Source: Vampirovibrionaceae bacterium NZW_1234
GTDB taxonomy: Bacteria > Cyanobacteriota > Vampirovibrionia > Vampirovibrionales > JAGQHJ01
DNA length: 28,228 nt
Assembly: GCA_041697335.1 (NCBI GenBank)
Contig: JBGUGD010000041.1
Span: 1 to 28,228, forward strand
Direction: 5' to 3'
Position 1 is the stretch's first letter. Every line of letters begins with the position of its first letter. The position numbers and the translations under genes were made by a program. The notes under the pieces are model-generated. The model was not told the origin of the DNA, did no database searches, and saw only the letters and a program-made list of their open reading frames with translations. Of the stretch, positions 1 to 8,966 are shown one piece after another.

Positions 1-192
1 GTTTGCTGCTTTTTCTTTGGCTTTTTGTTCTTCCGGAGTCAATTGCTTGCCTTTGGCTTCCGCTTGAGCAGGTGTATTCTGGTTCTCTGCTTTTGCGGCA
101 GGTTTCCCGCTGGCACCGGCTGCGCCACCCGCTTGAGGTCTAAAGGTATAATCCGAATACTCGTAGGCGTAAAATTGTTTCGTGATTCCCAT
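1..192 (-). CDS. Hypothetical protein, 5' part only (runs off the window edge); Ala/Lys/Gln-rich
   Basis: Read manually, not in the ORF track. ATG at 192, open to base 1 (MGITKQFYAYEYSDYTFRPQAGGAAGASGKPAAKAENQNTPAQAEAKGKQLTPEEQKAKEKAAN...). SD-like GAGGGAGA and a sigma28 promoter lie upstream. Confidence 0.75.
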   Translation of the reverse strand, partial: MGITKQFYAYEYSDYTFRPQAGGAAGASGKPAAKAENQNTPAQAEAKGKQLTPEEQKAKEKAAN

Positions 193-250
193 TGGCTTCT
201 CCCTCGGCTCCTTTACGTTGCTACTACTGTCCTTGGTTTGGATAGTAGGG

Positions 251-277
251 ATATCGACTGGATGACGGGGAACTTTA
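251..277 (-). promoter_or_regulatory. Sigma28 (FliA/SigD-type) promoter
   Basis: TAAA-N15-GTCGATAT with extended -35 TAAAGTT; consensus is TAAA-N15-GCCGATAA. About 58 nt upstream of the ATG at 192. Confidence 0.7.
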
Positions 278-369
278 ATCAGGGACGGTGAAATTAAGGT
301 TTCTTTTAGAATTAAACTCGGGATTTGAAAAAATTCAACGCACCGTTCGGCTGAACTGGAATTGAATGC

Positions 370-399
370 AAAAAGAAATCCCGTCCAAAGGGCGGGATT
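370..399 (-). terminator. Intrinsic terminator downstream of mutL
   Basis: Minus strand reads AATCCCGCCC-TTT-GGACGGGATT followed by TCTTTTT. Confidence 0.6.
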
Positions 400-530
400 G
401 GAGTTACTGTAACATTACTTGAGTGGTGGATGGACGGTGCGAGCGTCCATCGTTGAGGAATACACACTACTCGGTATGACGTGACCCTTTGTCACAAAGT
501 TCCCACGTTCATGAATTGAAAAATGTGGAT

Positions 531-2468
531 TTAGACAGGCTGGCGTAAATGGCGCCCACCCGGGAGACTGGGTCGCTCAAAAAAGCGCATGATGTCTTGA
601 TGGGGGATTAAGTGAGAGACGGGACGCCCATGCGGACATGTCCACGGGCGGGTACAGGCAGACCACTGGGTTAAAATACGCTGCATCTGCTCGTGGCTCA
701 ATGGGTCACCTGCTCTGACGGCACTGTGACAGGCGGCTGTGGCAATAACGTCGTCAAAGGCCAGCTTGACTTCGCCGGTCTCTTCCAGGTGGGCCAAGAG
801 GGCTTCCAGGCTCGTCTTCAGGACTTTTTCGTTGTACAGGGACGGGACCGCCTGAAAGGCCACTTCGGCATCGGTGACGGTATAGGCAAAACCCAGCTTG
901 GCAAAGGCATCATGCTGTTCCTCAAGCACACTGGCCTGGACCGGGGAAATGGCAAAGGTCAACGGCAACAGCAACACTTGAGACGCCGGCTCAGCCCGTT
1001 GGGCCTGCTCCCAGAACTGCTCAAAATACACCCGCTCGGCGGCAATGTGCTGATCCACCACCAGCAAGCCTTCCGGGGTTTCCAGGAGGATATAGGTCTG
1101 GACGAATTGCCCAATCAAACGGTAGTCCGAGAGTTGGGGCAGATAATGCTCCGCAGTTTGTGTCGAGGCCTCGGGGGGTGCCATGCCGGGAATAATGGGG
1201 AGAGCAGGGCCAGGGGATGTCTCATAAGGCGATGAGGCCAGGGAGGGTTGCGGGCCTTGTGACGGGTTTGTTGAACCGGGCCAGGTCGCAAGTCGCCCTA
1301 AAGCTTCACGGGCTGGGCTGGGAGGCTTAAAGGCGGCTGATGGCGCAGGGTAGTCCAATCCACGGGGTGGCGTGGGACCTACTGGCTGAGAGGCCGGGGG
1401 CGTCGCATACTGGCTTGGTGTTTTTGAGCTATTGAAGGCCGTGGCCGATGTCTGGGCGGTCCCGGCGATGGGGTTGAAGGGCAAGGCCAGGGCATCGGAT
1501 AGGGCCTTGCGAACAAAGCTATATAACGTATTCGCGTGTTGGTATTTCACTTCTTTTTTGGTGGGGTGAACGTTCACATCCACTTCATCGGGAGGAAGCT
1601 CTAAGAAGAGGACGCTGACAGGGTATTTCCCGGGAACAATCAGGCTGTCATAGGCCCCTTCCACCGCTTTACCCAAGATGGGGCAGCGGATGGCCCGGCC
1701 ATTAACGAAGGTCATCACCCATTTCTTGGAGCCCCGGGTGACGTTGGGGGCACTGGTGCGGCCCCAGGCCCGGTAGCCGAATTCGGGGTCGGCTAACTCG
1801 AAGGGTAGGAGCGTTTCATTGTCTTTAAGCGAAAATACGTCCTGTATGGTCTTTTCCAGCTGACCCGAGCCTGTCGTCTTTAAGGCTGAGGCGCCTTCAA
1901 GGGTCAACGTCATGGCAACCCCGGGGTTGGAGAGCGCCAGCATCTGCATCATCTCTTGAATGTGAGAGAGCTCGGTCTGAGGGCGCTTCATAAACTTCAG
2001 GCGAGCCGGGACGTTATAAAACAGGTCGTCAATCTGAAAGACCGTACCCACGCTACAACCCGTGTCCGACAGGCTGACCTCGCCCGAGGGCTGAACCAGG
2101 GCTTTGAGTCCCGTTTGGGCTTCGGCGGTGCGACTTAGGCAAGTGACTTTGGAAATGGCAGCGATACTGGCCAGGGCTTCGCCCCGAAATCCCAGGGTGG
2201 TCAGATGAAACAGGTCGTCCAAGTCCTTTACCTTGCTGGTGGCGTGATTCCGGAAGGCCAATTGCAGGTCCTCTGCCGACATCCCACAGCCGTTGTCGGC
2301 TACGCGAAGGTTTCGCCCCCCCTCGGAGGCCTGAACATCAATGCGGGTGGCACCGGCGTCAATGGCATTTTCGACCAGCTCTTTAACCACCGAAGCAGGA
2401 CGTTCCACCACTTCGCCCGCGGCGATTTGGTTGATGAGTTCTGGCGGTAAAATCGTAATTTTTCCCAT
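531..2468 (-). CDS. mutL: DNA mismatch repair endonuclease MutL
   Basis: NQIAAGEVVERPASVVKELVENAIDAGA and GFRGEALASI (GHKL ATPase), DVNVHPTKKEV, Pro-rich linker, endonuclease motif DQHIAAERVYFE, clamp motif QVLLLP, ACH and CPHGRP. Confidence 0.98.
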   Translation of the reverse strand: MGKITILPPELINQIAAGEVVERPASVVKELVENAIDAGATRIDVQASEGGRNLRVADNGCGMSAEDLQLAFRNHATSKVKDLDDLFHLTTLGFRGEALASIAAISKVTCLSRTAEAQTGLKALVQPSGEVSLSDTGCSVGTVFQIDDLFYNVPARLKFMKRPQTELSHIQEMMQMLALSNPGVAMTLTLEGASALKTTGSGQLEKTIQDVFSLKDNETLLPFELADPEFGYRAWGRTSAPNVTRGSKKWVMTFVNGRAIRCPILGKAVEGAYDSLIVPGKYPVSVLFLELPPDEVDVNVHPTKKEVKYQHANTLYSFVRKALSDALALPFNPIAGTAQTSATAFNSSKTPSQYATPPASQPVGPTPPRGLDYPAPSAAFKPPSPAREALGRLATWPGSTNPSQGPQPSLASSPYETSPGPALPIIPGMAPPEASTQTAEHYLPQLSDYRLIGQFVQTYILLETPEGLLVVDQHIAAERVYFEQFWEQAQRAEPASQVLLLPLTFAISPVQASVLEEQHDAFAKLGFAYTVTDAEVAFQAVPSLYNEKVLKTSLEALLAHLEETGEVKLAFDDVIATAACHSAVRAGDPLSHEQMQRILTQWSACTRPWTCPHGRPVSHLIPHQDIMRFFERPSLPGGRHLRQPV

Positions 2469-2474
2469 AGCCTT

Positions 2475-2503
2475 ATCATACTGAAAGTCCGGTCATTCGT
2501 CAG
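2475..2503 (-). promoter_or_regulatory. Sigma70-type promoter of mutL (probably leaderless transcript)
   Basis: CTGACG-N17-TATGAT, with the -10 ending 6 nt before the ATG and no real SD. Confidence 0.5.
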
Positions 2504-2517
2504 ATCGCCTTGGCGTT

Positions 2518-2544
2518 TCAAAAAACGGACACATGCGCCGATGA
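2518..2544 (+). promoter_or_regulatory. Possible sigma28 promoter
   Basis: TCAA-N15-GCCGATGA upstream of the 2697 orphan gene; one mismatch in each box. Confidence 0.35.
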
Positions 2545-2696
2545 TGGGTCTTACCGCGCAGGCAGGCGATATCCCGGCAAGCCCTGCATATTTAAGTTTT
2601 GTTTCAAAGTCGCCCGCATTGGACTGTGTTCACGGTATACTACACAGGTATACTCGCTTTAACATGGGTTCCCTACGGACAGAAAAGGATTGGGCT

Positions 2697-3251
2697 ATGG
2701 TGTCCTCAGTTTCTCCTCGATTTGGCTATCGCTATGCGATTAGAGGCCCTCAAGTCACGGTGCAGAAGACCGTTGAAGCCATTCAGGCTGTCATTCAAAA
2801 GGCTTCGCCGGATAAACGGATTGAGGACCAGATGGCCGATTATGTGTTTTGGCAGGCTCATCGCCCCTTAAAAGACGAATCTCCCGAACAGATACGCATT
2901 GTGTTTACCAACGGGGACAATGGTGTTGATGATGTGGCTGCATTTAAGGCCAGCCATGTAAAATGGGGCGCCTATCGGGATGCCCGTGATGTGGCTGAGG
3001 CGGATTTTTGGCAGCCCTACATCGGGACCGACTGTGGGCCAACGGATGAGGATTATGATCAGTTTATGCAATCCCAGCCCAAACCGCCTGAAGAATGGGT
3101 TTCATTAAAACGAGCCTTACAGCCGCTGGCCGATCAGGCCGTGGAAGCCCAAACCATTTTGAATGCCCTGGCGCATCGGGTTCCGGAGTTTAATCCCTTT
3201 ACCGGACAACTTCACTACGAACCTCGCAATCATCCCTGGAAAGACGATTAA
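2697..3251 (+). CDS. Hypothetical protein (184 aa) with N-terminal PRFG motif
   Basis: ORF 2541..3251; ATG 2697 preferred because SD AAAGGA lies 7 nt upstream. Starts MVSSVSPRFG. No recognisable domain. Confidence 0.75.
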   Translation: MVSSVSPRFGYRYAIRGPQVTVQKTVEAIQAVIQKASPDKRIEDQMADYVFWQAHRPLKDESPEQIRIVFTNGDNGVDDVAAFKASHVKWGAYRDARDVAEADFWQPYIGTDCGPTDEDYDQFMQSQPKPPEEWVSLKRALQPLADQAVEAQTILNALAHRVPEFNPFTGQLHYEPRNHPWKDD

Positions 3252-3331
3252 TAGGGCGTGTTGGCCCATGAATATGCTGGGATCATCTCTTGACTCAGGC
3301 TATTTGGGCATTTTTTAAAGAGTTTAAAGAG

Positions 3332-3356
3332 AGGAACGGAAAACTTTTCCGTTCCT
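3332..3356. terminator. Bidirectional terminator hairpin between convergent genes
   Basis: Perfect inverted repeat AGGAACGGAAAA-C-TTTTCCGTTCCT. Confidence 0.6.
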
Positions 3357-3417
3357 TTGGTCTTGAAGTCTTTTTTTACTTCAAAAAAAGCATTTTGGCT
3401 GAGAGCTTTTTCAAGGC

Positions 3418-5547
3418 TTATTTAACTTTGCTGAAGATGGCTACACTGCCTGCTTTCAGGCTGATGGGCTGATCCCCTTCCATATCCCGGTCTTTGTTGG
3501 TGGCGTTTGAGCCGCCATACTGGGCGTCGTCCGTGTTGAGGATTTCTCGCCACTTGCCGCCCTGGGGGAAGGGCACCGTCATGCCGTGATGCTTTTTCTG
3601 GGGGTCGTATTGAAAGTCGTGCCACGAGCAGTTGATGACCATCACCACGTGACTCTTGTCATCTTCTTTGCCCCAGCGGTGAATGGCCAGTAGGCCTTTG
3701 TTGGCCAGGCGGCGGTCAACCCACATCTGATCCCGGCCTCCTTGCCAGAGGGCCGGCATGGTTTGGCGCAACTTTACGATGTCCCGATTCAGGCGCAGCA
3801 TCCCCAAGTCCTGGTTCCAACTCAATTTGGAGTCGGTAAAGTTCTTGGGCGAGGTCCAGGAGGGCTGGGGCGAGCGTTTGTCGCGCTGGCCTTTTTCAAT
3901 GTTCTTCACCAGAACCGGATCGCTGTGATTGACGAAATAATAGAAGGGATTTTTCTCCCCGTATTCTTCTCCGGCAAAAGCCATCGGAATACCGGGGATC
4001 AGATATTTCAAGACGGCAGACAGGCGAGCTCGCTGAGGGCCGACTTTGGCATACACCCGCATGCCGTCGTTGTTGCCAATTTCATCATGCGATTGCGTAA
4101 AGTTGACGGATTGCTCCAGTTCTCGCATGGCGTTGCCATCGGGCCAGCGAAAACCACGTTCCAACACATTGGCAAAGCTTCCGGGATCGGTGGGCCCGCC
4201 CATATGCGAGTGACCGGTGACGATGCCTTGGGCCGCATGGTGGAAGTCAAAGTTCCATTGGGCTTTCATTCCGTGGCCCATGTGGCGGCGGCCGTCATGT
4301 TCGTCCCAATGCCAATCGTGAGGCATGGTGACTGAATTCCAGTTACGGGCATCTTCGGCCATCGGAATCACGTGCGGGTTATCGGGAAAGGCGGCTTTTT
4401 TGGCATTGTAAGCGGTCTTTGTGATTTCCCGGACAAAGTCTTCGGAAATATACTTGGTCATATCAAAACGGAAACCGTCAATATGAAACTCTTTCAGCCA
4501 GAATTTCACGTTTTCCAGGACGTAGCGTCTGGCATGGGGGTTGTCCAGATTAAAGGCATCGCCCCAATCGGTGGCCCCATGACGCACAAAACCTCGGTCG
4601 AACTGTGTGAAGTAGGCCCCTTCCGGCCCCACGTGGTTGTACACGGTGTCTAGAACCACGGCAATATTTCGCTTGTGGCATTCGTTGATAAACTTCTTCA
4701 GCTTTTCAGGCGGGCCATAGGCGTTTTCCACGGCATAGAAGTTAACCATGTCATAGCCCCAGTTCCATTTGCCGGAAAATTCCATGACCGGCATAATTTC
4801 CACGGCATTGTAATTGGGGCCTTTTTTCAAGGTCTCGTTAAAAAACTGATCCATGGCGGCTTCAAAGGTACCGGCCTGGGTAAATGTGCCGATGTGAAGC
4901 CGATACGGCGTAAGCTTTCGGACGTCGCTGGGGGTTTTCCAATGGTGATCATCCCATTTGAAGGTGCTGTGATCATAAATCATCGAAGGCCCATGGACGT
5001 CTTCCGGCTGATAACGGGTGTTATAGTCGGGCAGGGGTTTACTGAGCGCCCCATCGTCGTATTTGAGGCGAAACATATACAGATCGCCCGGTTTAAAGGT
5101 GTTTTTGCCGTGGGTTTCCGGCAGGAAAAACATATTGCCGTCATCGGAATGCATCGGAACCACGTCGACAATGCGCTCCGTGACCTTGGGGGCATTTCCC
5201 TGCTGCTCGGCATGGCTTAAAGGCCGGATTTTCAGGAGTTCAACTTCCGCTGCGGCGGGTGCCCACAGTTTGAAGCGGACTTTCTTATCGGCCAATACCT
5301 CGGCACCATCCTGCCATGAACTGACATCCAGGGTTTTGCCAAAGCGAAGCGGGTTAAGTTGACGAAGCGCTTGCAGACTGCCAAATTTGGGTTTCGGTGG
5401 TGTCTTTGAAGGACGTTTCACCTGGAACGAATCCGATGGATACCCTGCTCCTATGACCCCTGCCTGAGGTGATGTGGCAGAGGAGACGTGAGATACCGAT
5501 GGCGGAGCCCCCGCTCCAATCGGTTTGGAGAATGAAATGGAGTTCAT
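3418..5547 (-). CDS. treZ: GH13 alpha-amylase family, malto-oligosyltrehalose trehalohydrolase-like, with ~70 aa N-terminal extension
   Basis: CBM48-like FKLWAP, QPEDVHGPS, LHIGTFT, EIMPV..F.G..NWGYD, VYNHVGPEG. Catalytic residues in DGFRFD (D), MAED (E) and QSHDEIGN (D). ATG 5547 preferred over the TTG at 5679. Confidence 0.8.
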   Translation of the reverse strand: MNSISFSKPIGAGAPPSVSHVSSATSPQAGVIGAGYPSDSFQVKRPSKTPPKPKFGSLQALRQLNPLRFGKTLDVSSWQDGAEVLADKKVRFKLWAPAAAEVELLKIRPLSHAEQQGNAPKVTERIVDVVPMHSDDGNMFFLPETHGKNTFKPGDLYMFRLKYDDGALSKPLPDYNTRYQPEDVHGPSMIYDHSTFKWDDHHWKTPSDVRKLTPYRLHIGTFTQAGTFEAAMDQFFNETLKKGPNYNAVEIMPVMEFSGKWNWGYDMVNFYAVENAYGPPEKLKKFINECHKRNIAVVLDTVYNHVGPEGAYFTQFDRGFVRHGATDWGDAFNLDNPHARRYVLENVKFWLKEFHIDGFRFDMTKYISEDFVREITKTAYNAKKAAFPDNPHVIPMAEDARNWNSVTMPHDWHWDEHDGRRHMGHGMKAQWNFDFHHAAQGIVTGHSHMGGPTDPGSFANVLERGFRWPDGNAMRELEQSVNFTQSHDEIGNNDGMRVYAKVGPQRARLSAVLKYLIPGIPMAFAGEEYGEKNPFYYFVNHSDPVLVKNIEKGQRDKRSPQPSWTSPKNFTDSKLSWNQDLGMLRLNRDIVKLRQTMPALWQGGRDQMWVDRRLANKGLLAIHRWGKEDDKSHVVMVINCSWHDFQYDPQKKHHGMTVPFPQGGKWREILNTDDAQYGGSNATNKDRDMEGDQPISLKAGSVAIFSKVK

Positions 5548-5656
5548 TACTCTCGTTGTGCCCTTATTCCCATTAAACACGGTTGGTGTTAAGTTGAAAG
5601 ACCCTTCCCTAAGCGATTTAGCGCTTACAGAACAATCCCTTTTTCCCTTGGCTTGC

Positions 5657-5665
5657 AGTATAGCA
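5657..5665 (-). promoter_or_regulatory. Extended -10 promoter element for the treZ-like gene
   Basis: TGCTATACT about 110 nt upstream of ATG 5547. Confidence 0.45.
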
Positions 5666-5841
5666 AGAAAGTTTACCAACGAAAAGACTTTTTCGGGTAA
5701 TTGTTACCAAGTTGATATCATCTCGGTCACCATCAGACAGGTTGTTTCAAAAGTGGGTTGTTATGCTCGTAAAAATTCGGCAGGCTTGTCCTCTTGTTGG
5801 GACCTGAATGAGCTGATTGGGCGAGCAGATATGGGTAATCA

Positions 5842-7347
5842 TTATGTTCGCCAGGGAAGATCCTTGGGGGCTTTGGCGATGAATGCTCCACTGTGACAGC
5901 TTTCAAAAAACAGGATGCCTGTTCCGTAGCGCTCTAGGTGACGGTTGGCCCATTGTTTAATTTGGGTTTCCATCACCAAATAGCCCGGATCGGTGTTGGT
6001 GGCGTTACGGATTCGAATTCCACCCACTTTCGCCCCTTCCCGTTGTGCTTCAGCCTCCGGGAGGCCGGGCTCGGTTTCGAGAGTGAAGCCATGGCCTGCG
6101 ATCACCACCAGACACTCTGGCTTTAGGTCTTTGTTAGGGCCTTGGGCAATGGCCTTTTGGGCGCGCCGGGCAAAGGCGTCCATGTCTTTAAAGGCGTTCT
6201 CCAGAGCCTGTTCACTGTTGGGAGTGGATCGTACAACGACAAAATGATCGTCATCATCGGGCAACCCATATTGCCGGACCATGATCTCTCGGAGCCGAAG
6301 AATGTCGGCTTCAAAGGCTTCCGGCTCATACGAACTGTCGCCTTCTTTGCCATCGCCCATAATAATCAGCACTCGCCGATACGGGGCCATGGTGGCGTTA
6401 TCCTTTTTTTGCCACCCGGTCAAGGGATTGCTGGAGGCCAGTGGATGCTGAATTTGGATTTCGTCCTCACAGACGGGGGTGTAGCCTTTGATGGATCTCA
6501 GGGCATCGGGCAAGGAGGGTTGGGTCTTGCTTTGCTTGAGCAATTCTCGAGTGGCATAGCCGCCATCGGGATTCATCCAGCTGAACTCGCGTTGTTGGGT
6601 GGCACTAAAGACCTGCACGTTCCTGGGCCATGTGTGTTTGAGTCGCGGATCGTTCTGGGGAATTCGATCCTCGGCTAACCATGCTGAGAGCCTTGGCCAA
6701 TGCTGTGCCAGTTCTTCGCGAAGTTGCTGCTGTGTCGTGTTCAGTTGGGTTTCCAAAATTTTGTTTTGGTCCGCCAGGCGATTTGCTTCAGCGCGCTGGT
6801 CTGCGCTTTTTTGCTGGTATCCCTTTGCTTGCCGTTGATAGAAGGCATGCCACCGTTGATCGATGGGATCGGTTGAGTTGGCATATTCTGTGGCTTTGGC
6901 TGTGGTTCGTTCGTAGAACTGGTTGTTTTTTGTGGCTGCGTCTTGAAGACTTTTTTCCTGATCCTGATTTGTTTTGATTTGGGTTCGCAACGCCTTGAGC
7001 TGGGCATTGGCGTTTCGCCAGCTGGCTTGGAAGTTGGCGTAACTATCGGTGGTCAAAAGTGGTGCTTTGGGTGGAGCCAAGGTTTTGGGAGAGGGTGCTG
7101 CAATTGCTTCCCACGATTGTGTTTGCGCGGTTGTCCGAGGATGATTGCCCCCGAAAATGCCAATTAGCGCAGCCATTCCTGACAGTATCAGCGAATAGGG
7201 GATGATGGCTTTTGTTGTGCCTCCAAACCGAGTATTTATCGCAGTTGACGATCCCTGTGCCCAGGAGCGTGTAGCCTGCTCTGAAACCCACTTGTTTTTT
7301 GTGTGCCATGACGATTTTGTCATGGGCATGGTCTGACTGACATGCAT
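5842..7347 (-). CDS. Membrane-anchored coiled-coil protein with C-terminal caspase-like (clan CD, C14/C13-like) peptidase domain
   Basis: Hydrophobic helix AIIPYSLILSGMAALIGIFGG, Q/A/K-rich coiled coil, RRVLIIMG first strand, then LVVIAGHG (His) and LFFESCHSG (Cys) dyad motifs. Ends with tandem stops TAA TGA. Confidence 0.7.
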   Translation of the reverse strand: MHVSQTMPMTKSSWHTKNKWVSEQATRSWAQGSSTAINTRFGGTTKAIIPYSLILSGMAALIGIFGGNHPRTTAQTQSWEAIAAPSPKTLAPPKAPLLTTDSYANFQASWRNANAQLKALRTQIKTNQDQEKSLQDAATKNNQFYERTTAKATEYANSTDPIDQRWHAFYQRQAKGYQQKSADQRAEANRLADQNKILETQLNTTQQQLREELAQHWPRLSAWLAEDRIPQNDPRLKHTWPRNVQVFSATQQREFSWMNPDGGYATRELLKQSKTQPSLPDALRSIKGYTPVCEDEIQIQHPLASSNPLTGWQKKDNATMAPYRRVLIIMGDGKEGDSSYEPEAFEADILRLREIMVRQYGLPDDDDHFVVVRSTPNSEQALENAFKDMDAFARRAQKAIAQGPNKDLKPECLVVIAGHGFTLETEPGLPEAEAQREGAKVGGIRIRNATNTDPGYLVMETQIKQWANRHLERYGTGILFFESCHSGAFIAKAPKDLPWRT

Positions 7348-7432
7348 ATCCCATCCCCTTATCCTGAATGAAGACTCCCAAAGTAGCTTTTACATACAAA
7401 AAACAAAATGCAAATGCAAGGCCAAGGTCACG

Positions 7433-7470
7433 AAAAAACGCTCTTCAAGGTATCCTGAAGAGCGTTTTTT
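7433..7470. terminator. Intrinsic (bidirectional) terminator after the 7490..8341 gene
   Basis: AAAAAACGCTCTTCA...TGAAGAGCGTTTTTT inverted repeat with A and T tracts on either side. Confidence 0.8.
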
Positions 7471-7489
7471 TGTCGGGTGTGTGCTGGAT

Positions 7490-8341
7490 TTACGCTGGAA
7501 TACTTTGGTTCAGTGCATCAATCTGCTGGCACAGAGAATCGACGACCGGGGTTTTCTGGGCGCAATAGTTGCGTGCCATTTGTTGATACATCCGGTTTGA
7601 ATTGAAGAACCAGGTCGGCGGGGGTAAATGCTCGCCGCGGAGCTTTTGGCGTGTCGGCTTGCTATTGCCGACAGGTGGTTTGGTATTGGGTTTGGTGGAA
7701 TTGACAATATTAATGTTGATGGTGATGGATACATTGGCCGAGGCCAATTGTTTGGCGCTTGCCTGTTCCGTACTTTGGGCGGCTGCAATTTGTTGTTTGA
7801 CTGCCGAATCCGTTGATGCCTTGGGTTGTGACAACAGAAGCTTCAGTAAGGCAAAGGCGGCCGAATGTTGGGCCAAGCTGTTTTGTTGCAAACTACCGGC
7901 CAAGGCTAGTAATTGCAAGGCATTTAATACTGCCGGTGGCAGGTTGCCCGACGCGTTGGGTTTACCTTGACCGCCTGCTTGTGCCTGCGCTTTGCTCAGT
8001 AAATTGCGATCATAGGATTCAATACGGTTACAGTAGTCATAACTGGCTTGCAAGGCGGCTTCGGCACCTTGAACATAGAGCTTGTTGCCGCGCTGGGCAA
8101 ACCGGTTCATGGCAGCCGCATCGTTCTCGCTCATGTTCGGTGCAAAGGCACTGACGTTGACAAAGTTGCCCTGGGGCTGCGGTTGATTATTGAGCAGATT
8201 AATTAAGTCCATGTTCGGGGCGTTGCCGACCAGCATGTCCTGGGGCCGCACCAGGGGTTGCCGGCGATTTGGTCCAAAGAATGGACGAATACCCATGAGG
8301 TTGTCTCTTAAATTGGCAATATCACTTGCACCCAATACCAT
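7490..8341 (-). CDS. Hypothetical low-complexity Q/N/A-rich protein
   Basis: 283 aa ORF with strong SD GGAGGG, AT-rich upstream region and its own terminator. No known domain recognised. Confidence 0.8.
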   Translation of the reverse strand: MVLGASDIANLRDNLMGIRPFFGPNRRQPLVRPQDMLVGNAPNMDLINLLNNQPQPQGNFVNVSAFAPNMSENDAAAMNRFAQRGNKLYVQGAEAALQASYDYCNRIESYDRNLLSKAQAQAGGQGKPNASGNLPPAVLNALQLLALAGSLQQNSLAQHSAAFALLKLLLSQPKASTDSAVKQQIAAAQSTEQASAKQLASANVSITININIVNSTKPNTKPPVGNSKPTRQKLRGEHLPPPTWFFNSNRMYQQMARNYCAQKTPVVDSLCQQIDALNQSIPA

Positions 8342-8914
8342 AACTTGTCCCTCCAGCCACGTTCCAATGTGTTATTAACGTACCTTGTCCACGATATTTA
8401 TAAATTCTAAAAGTATAAAAACAATTTATTAATATTTTGTGCTAGTGCTTTCATAAAAAGCCTTCAGGCGTGCATTCGGGGTGATCTCGGCGCTAGCTGG
8501 AGGAGGGTTCTTCGGGGGCGGTTTCCGGTAAGTGCGACTGATATCTGGGGCAGCAGTGGAATGGGTATGTCGGGGGATTATTGGGATATCGTTGTGATGT
8601 TATTTTGCTTGGTAGCCTATTGTGAAAAAACCGGCTATGATGAAGAAGAGGTTGATCTAGAGTCAATCGGGAAATATGGGAGTGATTGGTTGTGAGAACG
8701 ATGATGACGCAGACAGATTATGCCACTCTGTTGAAAGCGCGTAACGAGCGTCAGCCCGGTTTGTCGGGTCGTGGGGGGCAGGATCGGATTGAGTTAGGGT
8801 TTGTTGTGATGTTGGCTCTGCTTTTTGTGACATTGATTGTGCTGTTGGTGATGTAGGCGTTTTTTTGCCAGTCTGTTTCGGCTGCACTGATTTTCGATTT
8901 TAAAAACGGCATGC

Positions 8915-8945
8915 AAAAAGGTCCTCATTGACTGAGGACCTTTTT
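8915..8945. terminator. Intrinsic terminator of the HEAT-repeat gene
   Basis: AAAAAGGTCCTCA-ttgac-TGAGGACCTTTTT, 21 nt after the stop. Confidence 0.85.
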
Positions 8946-8966
8946 AGCAAGTGTATGTCGTGCAAA

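Noticed and set aside
25..291. 88-aa plus-strand ORF
   Set aside because: It is antisense to a better-supported minus-strand gene that has an SD and a promoter.
2541..2696. Longer N-terminus for the 2697 gene (likewise the upstream starts at 5679, 22890 and 25525)
   Set aside because: Upstream starts overlap promoter elements or lack an SD; downstream starts have an SD or match family N-termini.
5747..5842. 31-aa ORF (MITHICSPNQ...) overlapping the caspase-like stop (TAATG) as a split p10 subunit
   Set aside because: Very short, with only superficial resemblance to p10 strands and no SD; cannot be supported.
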